Assembly: GCA_030650415.1 (NCBI GenBank)
Contig: JAUSEG010000006.1
Location: forward strand, 1 to 50,874
Direction of reading: 5' to 3'
Source: a bacterium
Lineage (GTDB): Bacteria > Patescibacteriota > Patescibacteriia > Patescibacteriales > GWC2-42-12
Length of the DNA: 50,874 nucleotides
Position numbers and translations under genes: made by a program
Shown here: piece by piece, positions 33,864 through 43,016 of the stretch
Layout: each line of letters starts with the position of its first letter
How positions within the stretch are numbered: position 1 is the stretch's first letter
Notes under the pieces: model-generated
Told to the model about the DNA's origin: nothing
Databases searched by the model: none
Seen by the model: only the letters and a program-made list of their open reading frames with translations

Positions 33864-35654
33864 ATGGAAATCAGAAACATCGCGATTATCGCCCATGTTG
33901 ATCATGGCAAGACCACTTTAACGGATAGGTTAATGCAGCAAACCGGCATGACCGAGGCGGGCGTTACTATGGACTCGAACGCTTTGGAACTTGAGCGGGG
34001 CATTACCATTTATTCAAAAAATACCTCGGTGCTTTATAAAGGCACGAAGATTAATATTGTCGATACGCCCGGCCACGCGGACTTTGGTTCGGAAGTGGAA
34101 CGAGTTTTAAAATCGATTGATTCGGTAGTCTTAGTCGTGGACGCGCAGGAAGGACCCATGCCCCAGACGAAATTCGTTTTGAAAAAATCTTTGGAATTAG
34201 GTTTAAAACCGATTGTGGTAATCAATAAAATTGATAAGCCGGCGGCCAGAGCGGCCTGGACCTTAGAAAAAGTTTACGAATTATTTTTAGACTTGGGAGC
34301 GAATAACGAGCAACTGGATTTCGCGGTGGTTTACGCGATCGCGCGCCAAGGCATCGCTAAAATGAGTCTGGAGGCCGAGAGTAAGAATTTAGATCCGCTC
34401 TTGGATGTCATATTGGAAAAAGTTGAACCGGCCGGCAGTCAGGAGGCGGAAAAATTACCATTTAAAATTCAGCCGTTTAATTTGGCTTATGATAATTTCA
34501 TGGGCCGTTTAGCGATCGGTAGAATTTATGAAGGCATAGTTAAGCAAGCCGACAATGTTTTCATAAAAACTCCGGAAGGGCAAATCAGAACCGGAAAAAT
34601 CAGCAAACTCTATACTTTCGAAGGCATTAAGCGCAAAGAAGCCGAGCAGGCCGTGGCCGGAGATATCGTTATGATTGCCGGTCTGCCTGATATTTATATC
34701 GGCGAAACGATCTGCGCTTCGGTTGAAGTCCAACCTCTACCGGCTATTGCCATAGATCAGCCGACTATTTCGTTAAATTTTTTAGTTAACAATTCGCCCT
34801 TCGCCGGCAAAGAAGGGAAGTATGTTACCAGCCGCCAGATTAGAGAGCGCTTGGAAAAAGAATTGGAAGTTAATGTCGGGCTGAAAATTGATTTTAGCGC
34901 GGGCGATTATTATAAGGTTTACGGCCGCGGCGAATTGCATATTGCCATCCTGCTCGAAAATATGAGGCGCGAAGGCTTTGAACTGCAGGTTTCCCAACCC
35001 ACGGTAATTATTAAAGAAGAAAATGGCGTTAAGCTTGAGCCTTATGAAGAAGTGACGGTTGACGCGCCCCAGGAATTATCCGGTGTGATTATAGAAAAAT
35101 TAGCCAAACGGAAAGGCTTGATGAAGGAAATGATGCCTGAGCATAGCGCGATTAGAATGGTTTTTGACATTCCGGTCAGAGGCTTTCTCGGTTATCGTAA
35201 TGAATTCGTGGTTGATACTCGGGGCGAAGGCATTCTCTCCACGCACAATGCCGGCTTTCGTCCCTACGCCGGCGACATTCCAAAAAACGAACTTGGCTCC
35301 ATGGTTTCCATGGCTCAAGGCAAGGCTCTGGCTTTTTCCATTTGGAATTTGCAGGAGCGCGGCCAGATGTATATCAACGCCAACACCCAGGTTTACGAAG
35401 GCATGGTGATCGGCAATGTGGCCAAGGGTAATGACCTGGAAGTCAACCCGATAAAAGGCAAGCAGTTAAGCAACATGCGCGCCTCCGGTTCGGATGAAGC
35501 TATCTTATTAATACCATCGTATGAAATCACTTTGGAGCGGGGGCTGGCGATTATGAAAGCCGATGAATATCTGGAAGTTACGCCCAAGAGCGTTCGCTTA
35601 AGAAAAATTTATTTAACCAGAAACGATCGAACTAAGGCGAATAGAGGAAAATAA
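33864..35654 (+). CDS. typA: Translational GTPase TypA/BipA
   Basis: G motifs AIIAHVDHGKTTL, DTPGHADF and NKID. The length of 596 aa and overall layout are typical of BipA. Confidence 0.9.
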   Translation: MEIRNIAIIAHVDHGKTTLTDRLMQQTGMTEAGVTMDSNALELERGITIYSKNTSVLYKGTKINIVDTPGHADFGSEVERVLKSIDSVVLVVDAQEGPMPQTKFVLKKSLELGLKPIVVINKIDKPAARAAWTLEKVYELFLDLGANNEQLDFAVVYAIARQGIAKMSLEAESKNLDPLLDVILEKVEPAGSQEAEKLPFKIQPFNLAYDNFMGRLAIGRIYEGIVKQADNVFIKTPEGQIRTGKISKLYTFEGIKRKEAEQAVAGDIVMIAGLPDIYIGETICASVEVQPLPAIAIDQPTISLNFLVNNSPFAGKEGKYVTSRQIRERLEKELEVNVGLKIDFSAGDYYKVYGRGELHIAILLENMRREGFELQVSQPTVIIKEENGVKLEPYEEVTVDAPQELSGVIIEKLAKRKGLMKEMMPEHSAIRMVFDIPVRGFLGYRNEFVVDTRGEGILSTHNAGFRPYAGDIPKNELGSMVSMAQGKALAFSIWNLQERGQMYINANTQVYEGMVIGNVAKGNDLEVNPIKGKQLSNMRASGSDEAILLIPSYEITLERGLAIMKADEYLEVTPKSVRLRKIYLTRNDRTKANRGK

Positions 35655-35676
35655 AAAACGACAGTTTGATAACTTT

Positions 35677-35858
35677 TGTCATTGCGAGCCTTTAGCCCCG
35701 GGCTTGACCCGGGGAATCTCTTTATTTGTCATCCCCGCGAAGGCGGGGATCCAGAAAATTTTGTGGAAATGCCGCGCCCGCAACGCCTTGCTTGCGAGGC
35801 GGGCGGGGATTCCCGCCTTCGCGGGAATGACAGAAAGGTGGCGCTCCTCGCAATGACA
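35677..35858. repeat. Nested palindromic element (outer TGTCATTGCGAG/CTCGCAATGACA, inner TGTCATCCCCGCGAAGGCGGGGATCC/GGATTCCCGCCTTCGCGGGAATGACA)
   Basis: The outer arms lie at 35677-35688 and 35847-35858. The inner arms lie at 35727-35752 and 35807-35832. Confidence 0.85.
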
Positions 35859-35888
35859 ATAAGCAAATGTCGTTTTTTATTTGAAAAT

Positions 35889-36284
35889 TTATTTTTTTAA
35901 TAAGTCCCTGATTTCCTCCAATAACAATTCCTGACGAGGAGTGGCCGGCGCGGGCGCTTGCGCTTTTTCTTGCCGCTTTAAATTGTTAATTATTTTTATC
36001 AGCATGAAGATGGCGAAGGCGATAATTAAGAACTCAATCGTGGTTTGGATAAAATTGCCATAATTCCAAGAAGCGGAAGGGGAGCCGTCGGCGGTTCTGG
36101 TCAAAATGATTTTCAAGTCTCTAAAGTTTATGCCGCCGGTGATGAAGCTGATGGGCGGCATGATTAGGTCGTTAACCAGCGAAGCGGTGATTTTACCGAA
36201 GGCGCCGCCGATAATTACGCCGACCGCCAAGTCGATAACGCTGCCTTTTACGGCGAATTCTTTGAATTCTTTAATGATTTTCAT
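35889..36284 (-). CDS. mscL: Large-conductance mechanosensitive channel
   Basis: [32 protein letters not shown] is the canonical MscL N-terminus. Confidence 0.9.
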   Translation of the reverse strand: MKIIKEFKEFAVKGSVIDLAVGVIIGGAFGKITASLVNDLIMPPISFITGGINFRDLKIILTRTADGSPSASWNYGNFIQTTIEFLIIAFAIFMLIKIINNLKRQEKAQAPAPATPRQELLLEEIRDLLKK

Positions 36285-36405
36285 AAGTTTGATGGTTAGG
36301 ATTTACTTAACTATTATAGCACTTTTGATTTTTTGCATAAACTTTGAGTGATAAGTTTGGGTTTTTATGCTATAATTATTTTATAAATTATTTAACCAAG
36401 AACTT

Positions 36406-36633
36406 ATGCAAAATCTGATAAAAAAAATCAAGAGGAAAATCGACTGGGCCATAATAAATTTAGTTTCTACGGGCATAGTTTTGATTTTTCTGGGAATTTT
36501 AATCGTCTGGACCGATTTTGTCCTTAGACTCGTAATTGGGCTCTTCGTCATGGTTATAGCTTACATTTTTTTCTACTTGGCTTATAAAGTTTGGTGGATT
36601 AAGCGGGAAGTGGAAAAATATTTTAAATTGTAA
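36406..36633 (+). CDS. Small two-TM membrane protein, hypothetical
   Basis: Track ORF of 75 aa with two hydrophobic helices. Confidence 0.45.
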   Translation: MQNLIKKIKRKIDWAIINLVSTGIVLIFLGILIVWTDFVLRLVIGLFVMVIAYIFFYLAYKVWWIKREVEKYFKL

Positions 36634-36696
36634 AAAAAGACCCGCGCAGATTGTTCCGTAGAACGTTCTAACGCGGGGGTTTGCGACCACGAAAGG

Positions 36697-36966
36697 TCAC
36701 TTCCCTATATGGATGGCGCGGATTGCATTTTGCATTTGCCACTTGGCCGGACAATTGAAGGGGCACCTTGGCCAGCACAAGTGTTTAAGTTCGTCATCGT
36801 ATTTTGGGCTAAGGTTTAGCATATGGAGACTTATCTCTCCGGGCGTTCGCTCAATTCTTTGAGCATTTTCTTCCTGCTCTTGAGAGAGATGACACTCGCC
36901 AGACCTATTTCCAGTGAAGAACACTTTCCCCTTGGCTACCAATAATTCGATTTTGCGTTTATTCAT
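36697..36966 (-). CDS. Hypothetical Cys-containing protein (89 aa)
   Basis: Track ORF. The hairpin CCCGCG...CGCGGG at 36640-36690 can act as its terminator, with a T-run on the minus strand. Confidence 0.4.
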   Translation of the reverse strand: MNKRKIELLVAKGKVFFTGNRSGECHLSQEQEENAQRIERTPGEISLHMLNLSPKYDDELKHLCWPRCPFNCPAKWQMQNAIRAIHIGK

Positions 36967-37121
36967 GTGATTTTCTCCGAAAAGTTTTGCCTGTCTTGAT
37001 TGACGGGACTATTATTAAAGCATAACAATTTAAGAATGTCAAGCTTGATTTTTTGCTTAATAAATGTTAATATAAAAATGTTAAATTGCCATAATTTAGC
37101 TGAAATTAACATTCTAACAAT

Positions 37122-38774
37122 ATGCCGATAAATCCCACCTTATCAAGGAAAGATGAAGTATATTTTACGCCTAACGAAAATGCCAAGAAATTATTCCAGA
37201 TAATTTACCGCGAAGAAAATAAAACCGAAATCGAGGACGACACGCCAAAAATAAAGGTTTCCGACCTGATTTCCATGCTGGCTTTTTATTATGAAAAAAT
37301 TCGCAATTCGGTTGATTATAAGGAAGAATATCTTTTGCGCCGCAGTTCGATTTTAAGAACTTTAAAAAGGCAAATTATAATCGAGGGACAGTTAAAAACC
37401 CTGACGCCGGAGGAGATTTCCAAAAATCTCTTGGTTGAGCTGATTCGCGCCGGCTATCTGCCGAACAACAAACTGCCGGAAACTAAAATCGGCGAATTGG
37501 CCATAGTGATAGATAAATATTTAAAACTTAGGCATGAGAGCCTGCTTAAAATTAACGATGATAAGCAGAATCATGAGGTCAGCAAGTGGATTTTAGCCAT
37601 GGCCTCGACCGAGATTGAAGAAAAATTAAACGATGACATCATCAGTCAGACCACTATCGGAAATATGTATGAATTGCTGTCTAAGCATCTGGTCTTGCCC
37701 GAAGAGTCAATTTATCAGCCGGACAGAGAGATTCAAATCTATTTAAGCATTCATCGGATTTATATGAAATTCGACGACGACATGCTGGAATTTTTACTGC
37801 TTAAATATTATAACGCTAACTGGCTTAATGGCGCTGATAAGGAAATAAAATATTTGGCCAATCATCTGGAAACCGTTAGGCAAGCAATTAAAGAGCAACT
37901 GGATCACCCTTTAGCCGCGCAAGTGAATAAGATTATTAATCGTTATTCGGTTTATTATACGATTCTAAATGATGTGATTATGGATGATCCGGTCGGAGTT
38001 TATGAAGGGATTAAGAGCGATCCGAAAGCCTTTCCCCGCCTGATTAAAAAATTCGCCCAGAAAAGATATCATGAGTCAAAAGTTAAATTGCGCCGAGCGG
38101 CCGTCAGAAGCATTATCTATATCTTTTTAACTAAAATGGTTTTAGCCCTGATTCTGGAAATACCGGTTACGATTTGGCTCGGTGAAATTTTAAACTATAC
38201 TTCCTTAACCATAAATGTCACCTTCCCGCCATTTTTATTATTTTTAATCGTTCTATTTACCAGGACGCCGTCAGAAGCCAATTCTTTAAAGATTGTGCAG
38301 GGGATTGAAGAAATTGTATTTAAAGAAAAGGCTAAAAAAGAGCCGATTGTTTTAAGACAGACGGTTAAACGGAAAAAGGGCATTGGCGGAGTCTTCGCCA
38401 CGCTCTACGCCGTGACTTTTTTAATAACTTTCGGTTTGGTGATTTACTTTTTGGACAAGATTCATTTTACTATCGTCAGTATAATTATCTTCCTCTTTTT
38501 CTTGACTTTAGTCAGTTTCTTTAGCTTAAGAATCAGAAAAGTGGCGCGCGAGATGTATATTATTGAACGCCAGGATAGTATTTTTTCTTTTGTCATGGAT
38601 TTCTTTTATGTACCGATTATTGAAGTGGGTAAGTGGCTTAATGAAAAATTCTCACGGCTTAATTTTTTCGTTTTCTTTTTGGACTTTATCATTGAAGCGC
38701 CGTTTAAGGTTTTAGTCGATATCGCCGAAGAGTGGACTAAGTATGTTAAGGAAAGGAAGGAAGAAATCATGTAA
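37122..38774 (+). CDS. Hypothetical membrane protein (soluble N-terminal ~330 aa, C-terminal TM bundle)
   Basis: Track ORF of 550 aa. No motif recognised. Confidence 0.55.
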   Translation: MPINPTLSRKDEVYFTPNENAKKLFQIIYREENKTEIEDDTPKIKVSDLISMLAFYYEKIRNSVDYKEEYLLRRSSILRTLKRQIIIEGQLKTLTPEEISKNLLVELIRAGYLPNNKLPETKIGELAIVIDKYLKLRHESLLKINDDKQNHEVSKWILAMASTEIEEKLNDDIISQTTIGNMYELLSKHLVLPEESIYQPDREIQIYLSIHRIYMKFDDDMLEFLLLKYYNANWLNGADKEIKYLANHLETVRQAIKEQLDHPLAAQVNKIINRYSVYYTILNDVIMDDPVGVYEGIKSDPKAFPRLIKKFAQKRYHESKVKLRRAAVRSIIYIFLTKMVLALILEIPVTIWLGEILNYTSLTINVTFPPFLLFLIVLFTRTPSEANSLKIVQGIEEIVFKEKAKKEPIVLRQTVKRKKGIGGVFATLYAVTFLITFGLVIYFLDKIHFTIVSIIIFLFFLTLVSFFSLRIRKVAREMYIIERQDSIFSFVMDFFYVPIIEVGKWLNEKFSRLNFFVFFLDFIIEAPFKVLVDIAEEWTKYVKERKEEIM

Positions 38775-38796
38775 AATTTTTGTTTACAAAAATTTC

Positions 38797-38943
38797 AAAT
38801 CCTAAATTCTAATATCTAAATTCTAAACAAATCACAAATTCTAAATTCAAATGTTCCAAACAAGATACCTTTGCCTTTGCGTTTGTTTTGAATTTTGAAT
38901 TTGGAACATTAGAATTTGTTTAGGATTTAGGATTTAGAATTTA
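38797..38943. repeat. AT-rich imperfect palindrome built from 7-8-nt tandem units
   Basis: The left arm has units of the type TCCTAAA, TTCTAAA and TTCAAA. The right arm has their complements TTTGAAT, TTTAGGA and TTTAGAA. A core ATGTTCCAAA/TTTGGAACAT pairs across the centre. The element ends 12 nt before the rsmI ATG. Confidence 0.75.
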
Positions 38944-38954
38944 TTTGTTTTTTT

Positions 38955-39821
38955 ATGCCTACCCTATATATAGTCGCCACGCCAATAGGTAATTTAGAAG
39001 ATATCAGTATGAGAGCGCTTCGCGTTTTAGGCGAAGTTGATTTTATTTTGTGCGAAGATACGCGAGTAACCAGAGTGCTCTTAGATCGCTATAATATAAA
39101 AACCAGGACTATTTCTTATCATCAGCATTCAAATGAAAATAAAGTCAGCGAGATTATAAATTTATTGATTCAAGGAAAGAATTTAGCTTTGGTTTCCGAC
39201 GCGGGCACGCCCGGCATATCCGATCCGGGCGGGAAACTCGTTCAGGCGGTACTGGAAAAATTTGGTAGCGAGATTTACCCCGTCAAATCCCCGCTAAAGC
39301 GGGGTGCGGAGCAATTTTACGGGGTGAACCCCGTCAAATCCCGCTCCGCGGGAATTACGCCGGAAGCGGAATTATTTGACGGGGTTAAAATTGAATCCGT
39401 GCCCGGTCCGTCGGCCGTAACCGCCGCTCTTTCCATCTCCGGCATACCGACCGATAAATTCATCTTCTTGGGTTTTCCGCCCCATAAAAAAGGCCGGCAG
39501 ACTTTTATCAGAAAAATTTTGGTCAGTGATTATCCGGTGGTGGTGTATGAATCAAAACATAGAATCGTCAAATTTTTACAGGAACTGCAGGAAGCGGTTG
39601 AAAAAAATTTGGTGGTTGATGGCGAAAAAGCGAATCAGGAATTAGGAATTAGGAATAATGGAAAAGGCAAAACTCCCAGCCTGACTTCGGTCGTAGTCTG
39701 CCGCGAATTATCTAAAATGCATGAAACGGTTTATCGGGGGGACCTTAAGAGCATTATGGAAAAAATTAAATTGAATAAGAATGATCAAAAAGGCGAGTTT
39801 GTGGTAATTATTGGAAAATAA
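38955..39821 (+). CDS. rsmI: 16S rRNA (cytidine1402-2'-O)-methyltransferase with two insertions
   Basis: LYIVATPIGNLEDIS, CEDTR, SDAGTPGISDPG and VPGPSA are RsmI blocks. Extra segments lie at about aa 105-144 and about aa 223-243. Confidence 0.85.
   Translation: MPTLYIVATPIGNLEDISMRALRVLGEVDFILCEDTRVTRVLLDRYNIKTRTISYHQHSNENKVSEIINLLIQGKNLALVSDAGTPGISDPGGKLVQAVLEKFGSEIYPVKSPLKRGAEQFYGVNPVKSRSAGITPEAELFDGVKIESVPGPSAVTAALSISGIPTDKFIFLGFPPHKKGRQTFIRKILVSDYPVVVYESKHRIVKFLQELQEAVEKNLVVDGEKANQELGIRNNGKGKTPSLTSVVVCRELSKMHETVYRGDLKSIMEKIKLNKNDQKGEFVVIIGK
39268..39387. repeat. Palindromic element lying in frame inside rsmI
   Basis: CCCCGTCAAATCC occurs twice and its complement TTTGACGGGG once. Hairpins CCCCGC-TAAA-GCGGGG and TCCCGC-TCC-GCGGGA are present, the latter sharing an ATCCCGC/GCGGGAAT core close to the ATTCCCGC family. 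The element encodes SEIYPVKSPLKRGAEQFYGVNPVKSRSAGITPEAELFDG. Confidence 0.65.
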
Positions 39822-39830
39822 TAATTTCTT

Positions 39831-39917
39831 TGTCATTCCCGAAGCCGAAGGCTGTCGGGAATCCAGGAGTAAACAGCAAAAACTTGTTTCTGGATTCCCG
39901 CCTGCGCGGGAATGACA
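39831..39917. repeat. Palindromic element of the TGTCATTCCCG...CGGGAATGACA family
   Basis: TGTCATTCCCGAAGCCGAAGGCTGTCGGGAATCCAG lies at 39831-39866. CTGGATTCCCGCCTGCGCGGGAATGACA lies at 39890-39917. Confidence 0.85.
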
Positions 39918-39941
39918 AAATTATCCATTAATTAATTTTGT

Positions 39942-41396
39942 ATGAAAAAATTCTATATTACAACTCCGGTTTACTATGTTAACGACGTGCCCCATATCGG
40001 CCATACTTATACGACCGTGGCGGCCGATGTTTTGGCGCGCTGGCATCGCGAGCTGGGAGATGAAACTTTTTTCTTAACCGGTACGGATGAGCATGGCGCG
40101 AAAATTGAAACCAAGGCCGGAGAAATGAAAATTGATCCGAAAGCTTATGCCGATGGAATTTCCGCTAAATTTTTAGAGGCTTGGCAGAAGTTAAATATCT
40201 CCAATGATAATTTTATCCGCACGACTGACGAACAACATGTAAAAGCTGTGCAAACTGCTTTGCAATTTATGCATGATAAGGGCGATATTTATTTAGGCAA
40301 ATATGAAGGGCTGTATTGCCGCGGCTGCGAGCAATATAAGAGCGACCGCGACTTAGTCGACGGTTTATGCCCCGACCATAAGGTCGCGCCGGAAAAAATG
40401 AGCGAAGAATGCTACTCGTTCAGATTGTCGAAATATCAGGATCAGCTGCTTGAACTTATAAAAAAAGATAAATTAAAAATCCTGCCGGCCAATCGTAAAA
40501 ATGAGGTCGTCAGTTTTATTGAAAAAGAAGGCCTGGAAGACGTATCGTTTTCTCGCAAAAATATAAAGTGGGGCATACCGATTCCCTGGGATAAGTCGCA
40601 TACGGTCTACGTTTGGGCGGACGCGTTTTTAAATTATTTAACCGGCCTAGGCTGGGATCCTTCGGCAGGCTCCCCTCGGCCTGAGCTCGGGACGAAGGCA
40701 GGACAGGCGGCACTTAAATTTTGGCCGCCGACCGTGCAACTCATGAGCAAGGATATTCTGCGCGTGCACGCCACCATCTGGCAGGCCATGCTTTTGTCTT
40801 TAGGCCTGCCGACTTCGGAGACCATCTTTGTGCACGGCTATTTTCAGATTAACGGCCAGAAAATGGGCAAGTCCTTAGGCAATGTTATTGCGCCGGATGA
40901 TTTAATTAAAAAATACGGTGTGGATGCCAGCCGCTACTTAATTATGAGTGCGGCCGTCTTCGGTCATGATGGCGATATTAGCTTTGAAAAATTTGACGAA
41001 AAATATAATGCCGATCTGGCCAACGGACTGGGGAATCTAACGGCGCGGGTTTCTAATTTAATAGAAAAAAATAACCTAGAGTTTAACCTAAAAGCCGGGA
41101 GCGATGAAAAATTAGTTGAAAATTTTTCTAAAAGTATGCAGGCTTTTCAGTTTGACGAAGCGCTTAAAATACTCTGGCTCGTTTTAAGAGCCGGCGATGA
41201 GGTTTTGAGCGATAAAAAACCCTGGAAGCTCGAAGATAAAAAGGCCATTGAGAAAATTTTAAAACCGATCGCGCAGAATATTTTAGACGTGGCCGTTTTA
41301 TTAAAACCGTTTATGCCGGAAGTCTCCGAAAAAATTGTCGCCCAATTCAGCGCCAAGCAGATTAAAAAAGGCGAATCTCTTTTTCCGAGGATATAA
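39942..41396 (+). CDS. metG: Methionine--tRNA ligase (short form)
   Basis: PHIGHTYT is the HIGH motif, KMGKS is the KMSKS motif, and CRGCEQ...CPDH is the zinc knuckle. Confidence 0.9.
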   Translation: MKKFYITTPVYYVNDVPHIGHTYTTVAADVLARWHRELGDETFFLTGTDEHGAKIETKAGEMKIDPKAYADGISAKFLEAWQKLNISNDNFIRTTDEQHVKAVQTALQFMHDKGDIYLGKYEGLYCRGCEQYKSDRDLVDGLCPDHKVAPEKMSEECYSFRLSKYQDQLLELIKKDKLKILPANRKNEVVSFIEKEGLEDVSFSRKNIKWGIPIPWDKSHTVYVWADAFLNYLTGLGWDPSAGSPRPELGTKAGQAALKFWPPTVQLMSKDILRVHATIWQAMLLSLGLPTSETIFVHGYFQINGQKMGKSLGNVIAPDDLIKKYGVDASRYLIMSAAVFGHDGDISFEKFDEKYNADLANGLGNLTARVSNLIEKNNLEFNLKAGSDEKLVENFSKSMQAFQFDEALKILWLVLRAGDEVLSDKKPWKLEDKKAIEKILKPIAQNILDVAVLLKPFMPEVSEKIVAQFSAKQIKKGESLFPRI

Positions 41397-41404
41397 ATTT
41401 AAAT

Positions 41405-41504
41405 TGTCATTGCGAGCGACCGCAGGGAGCGAAGCAATCTCACGTATGCCTTAAATAGATATCCGTGAGATTGCTTCGCCCTGATTACAGGGCTCGCAAT
41501 GACA
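41405..41504. repeat. Palindromic element TGTCATTGCGAGC...GCTCGCAATGACA with an inner 16-bp palindrome
   Basis: The outer arms lie at 41405-41417 and 41492-41504. The inner arms are GCGAAGCAATCTCACG (41429-41444) and CGTGAGATTGCTTCGC (41464-41479). Confidence 0.85.
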
Positions 41505-41515
41505 ATAACAAACCT

Positions 41516-42016
41516 ATGCCAATTTTTGATATCATCCTAATAATTATTATCGCCGGTTTCGTTTTTTACGGCTTGTTTTTCGGCTTAATCAGGACGATCG
41601 GCTCCTTAGTCGGCTTAGTGGTTGGCCTCTGGCTGACCTTTGTTTTTCATTTAACGGTTTATGAGTGGCTGAAAAATTTATTTTTTGGCCATGAATTATC
41701 CGGAAAAGTTATAACTTTTATTATATTATTTACTTTTATCAACCGCCTGATTGGTTTTATTTTTGCTATTTTAGATCGAACCTTTGATCTTTTATCGGTC
41801 ATTCCGTTTTTAAAAACCATTAATCGCCTGGCCGGTATGGTCTTAGGTTTAGTCGAAGGCGGATTGGTTTTAGGCTTTCTGCTTTTATATATTTCTCAAA
41901 CTTCTTTCGGCTACTGGCTTACGGGCTCGCAGGTGGCGCCGTTTTTAATTAAATTTACCAAAGTTATTTTGCCACTCCTGCCCGGGCTCATAAATAAACT
42001 TAAAGTGGTGGTATAA
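41516..42016 (+). CDS. cvpA: CvpA-family membrane protein
   Basis: MPIFDIILIIIIAGFVFYGLFFGLIRTIGSLVG is present. The track start at 41465 lies inside the palindromic element, so I chose the ATG at 41516. Confidence 0.7.
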   Translation: MPIFDIILIIIIAGFVFYGLFFGLIRTIGSLVGLVVGLWLTFVFHLTVYEWLKNLFFGHELSGKVITFIILFTFINRLIGFIFAILDRTFDLLSVIPFLKTINRLAGMVLGLVEGGLVLGFLLLYISQTSFGYWLTGSQVAPFLIKFTKVILPLLPGLINKLKVVV

Positions 42017-42019
42017 AAT

Positions 42020-43012
42020 ATGATAAAAAATATTAAAAATAAAGGTGAGATAGTAATTTATAAAACCAAGCAGGGTCCGAAATTGGACGTTAAGATGGAG
42101 AAGCAAACTGTTTGGTTGACCCAGGCGCAAATTGGGTTGCTTTTTGGCACGCAAAGGCCGGCAATTACCAAACATTTTAAAAATATTTTTGAAAGCGGAG
42201 AGTTGGAAGAAAAATCAGTATGTTCCATTTTGGAACATACTGCCGCTGACGAAAAAGTTTATAAAACTCAATTTTATAATCTAGATGCAATCATATCAGT
42301 GGGTTATCGAGTCAATTCCAAGAGAGCTACCCAATTTCGTATCTGGGCGACCAAGACTTTAAAAGATCATTTGGTTCAGGGCTATACGATTAATGAAAAA
42401 AGATTGCTGGAAGCTAAAGAGAAATTTGCCGAACTGCAAACCGCTATTTCATTTTTACGAGATAAAGCCAAAAACGAGCTATTGATCGGGCAAGAGCAGG
42501 AAATATTAAATCTGCTGGCTTATTATTCCAGCTCGCTTACTATTCTGGAGAAGTATGATAAAAACAAGTTAGCTTTGCCCGCAGACGGAAAAACTAAATA
42601 TAAATTAACTTTTGAGCTGGCGCTGGAAATTATAGAAGGCATCAAAGTCGAACTCGTAAAGAGAAAAGAAGCCAGTGATATTTTCGGCCGGCAAAGCGCT
42701 CATAAGTTGGAAAGCATCTTAGCCAATCTCTGGCAGACTTTTGGCGGGCGAGAGCTTTATAAAAATTTGGAAGAAAAGGCCGCGCATCTTTTATATTTAA
42801 TTATAAAAGATCATCCGTTTATCGACGGTAATAAACGTATCGGCTCATTTTTGTTTGTTTATTTTTTGGATAAAAATAATTTTCTTTACCGCAAAAACGG
42901 TGAGAAAAAGATTAACGATAACGCTTTAGTAGCCCTGGCATTACTCACCGCCACGAGCGATCCTAAGGATAAAGAGGTGATGATAAAAATTATTGTGAAT
43001 TTGTTGAAATAA
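42020..43012 (+). CDS. RhuM-like N-terminal domain fused to a Fic/Doc domain
   Basis: YNLDAIISVGYRVNSKRATQFRIWATK is the RhuM block. HPFIDGNKRIG is the Fic motif. Confidence 0.8.
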   Translation: MIKNIKNKGEIVIYKTKQGPKLDVKMEKQTVWLTQAQIGLLFGTQRPAITKHFKNIFESGELEEKSVCSILEHTAADEKVYKTQFYNLDAIISVGYRVNSKRATQFRIWATKTLKDHLVQGYTINEKRLLEAKEKFAELQTAISFLRDKAKNELLIGQEQEILNLLAYYSSSLTILEKYDKNKLALPADGKTKYKLTFELALEIIEGIKVELVKRKEASDIFGRQSAHKLESILANLWQTFGGRELYKNLEEKAAHLLYLIIKDHPFIDGNKRIGSFLFVYFLDKNNFLYRKNGEKKINDNALVALALLTATSDPKDKEVMIKIIVNLLK

Positions 43013-43016
43013 AATT

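Noticed and set aside
35676-35900. 74-aa ORF MSLRAFSPGLDPGNLF...
   Set aside because: It is encoded entirely by the nested palindromic repeat element and is a typical spurious REP-derived ORF. The 41465 start of the cvpA track ORF was rejected for the same reason.
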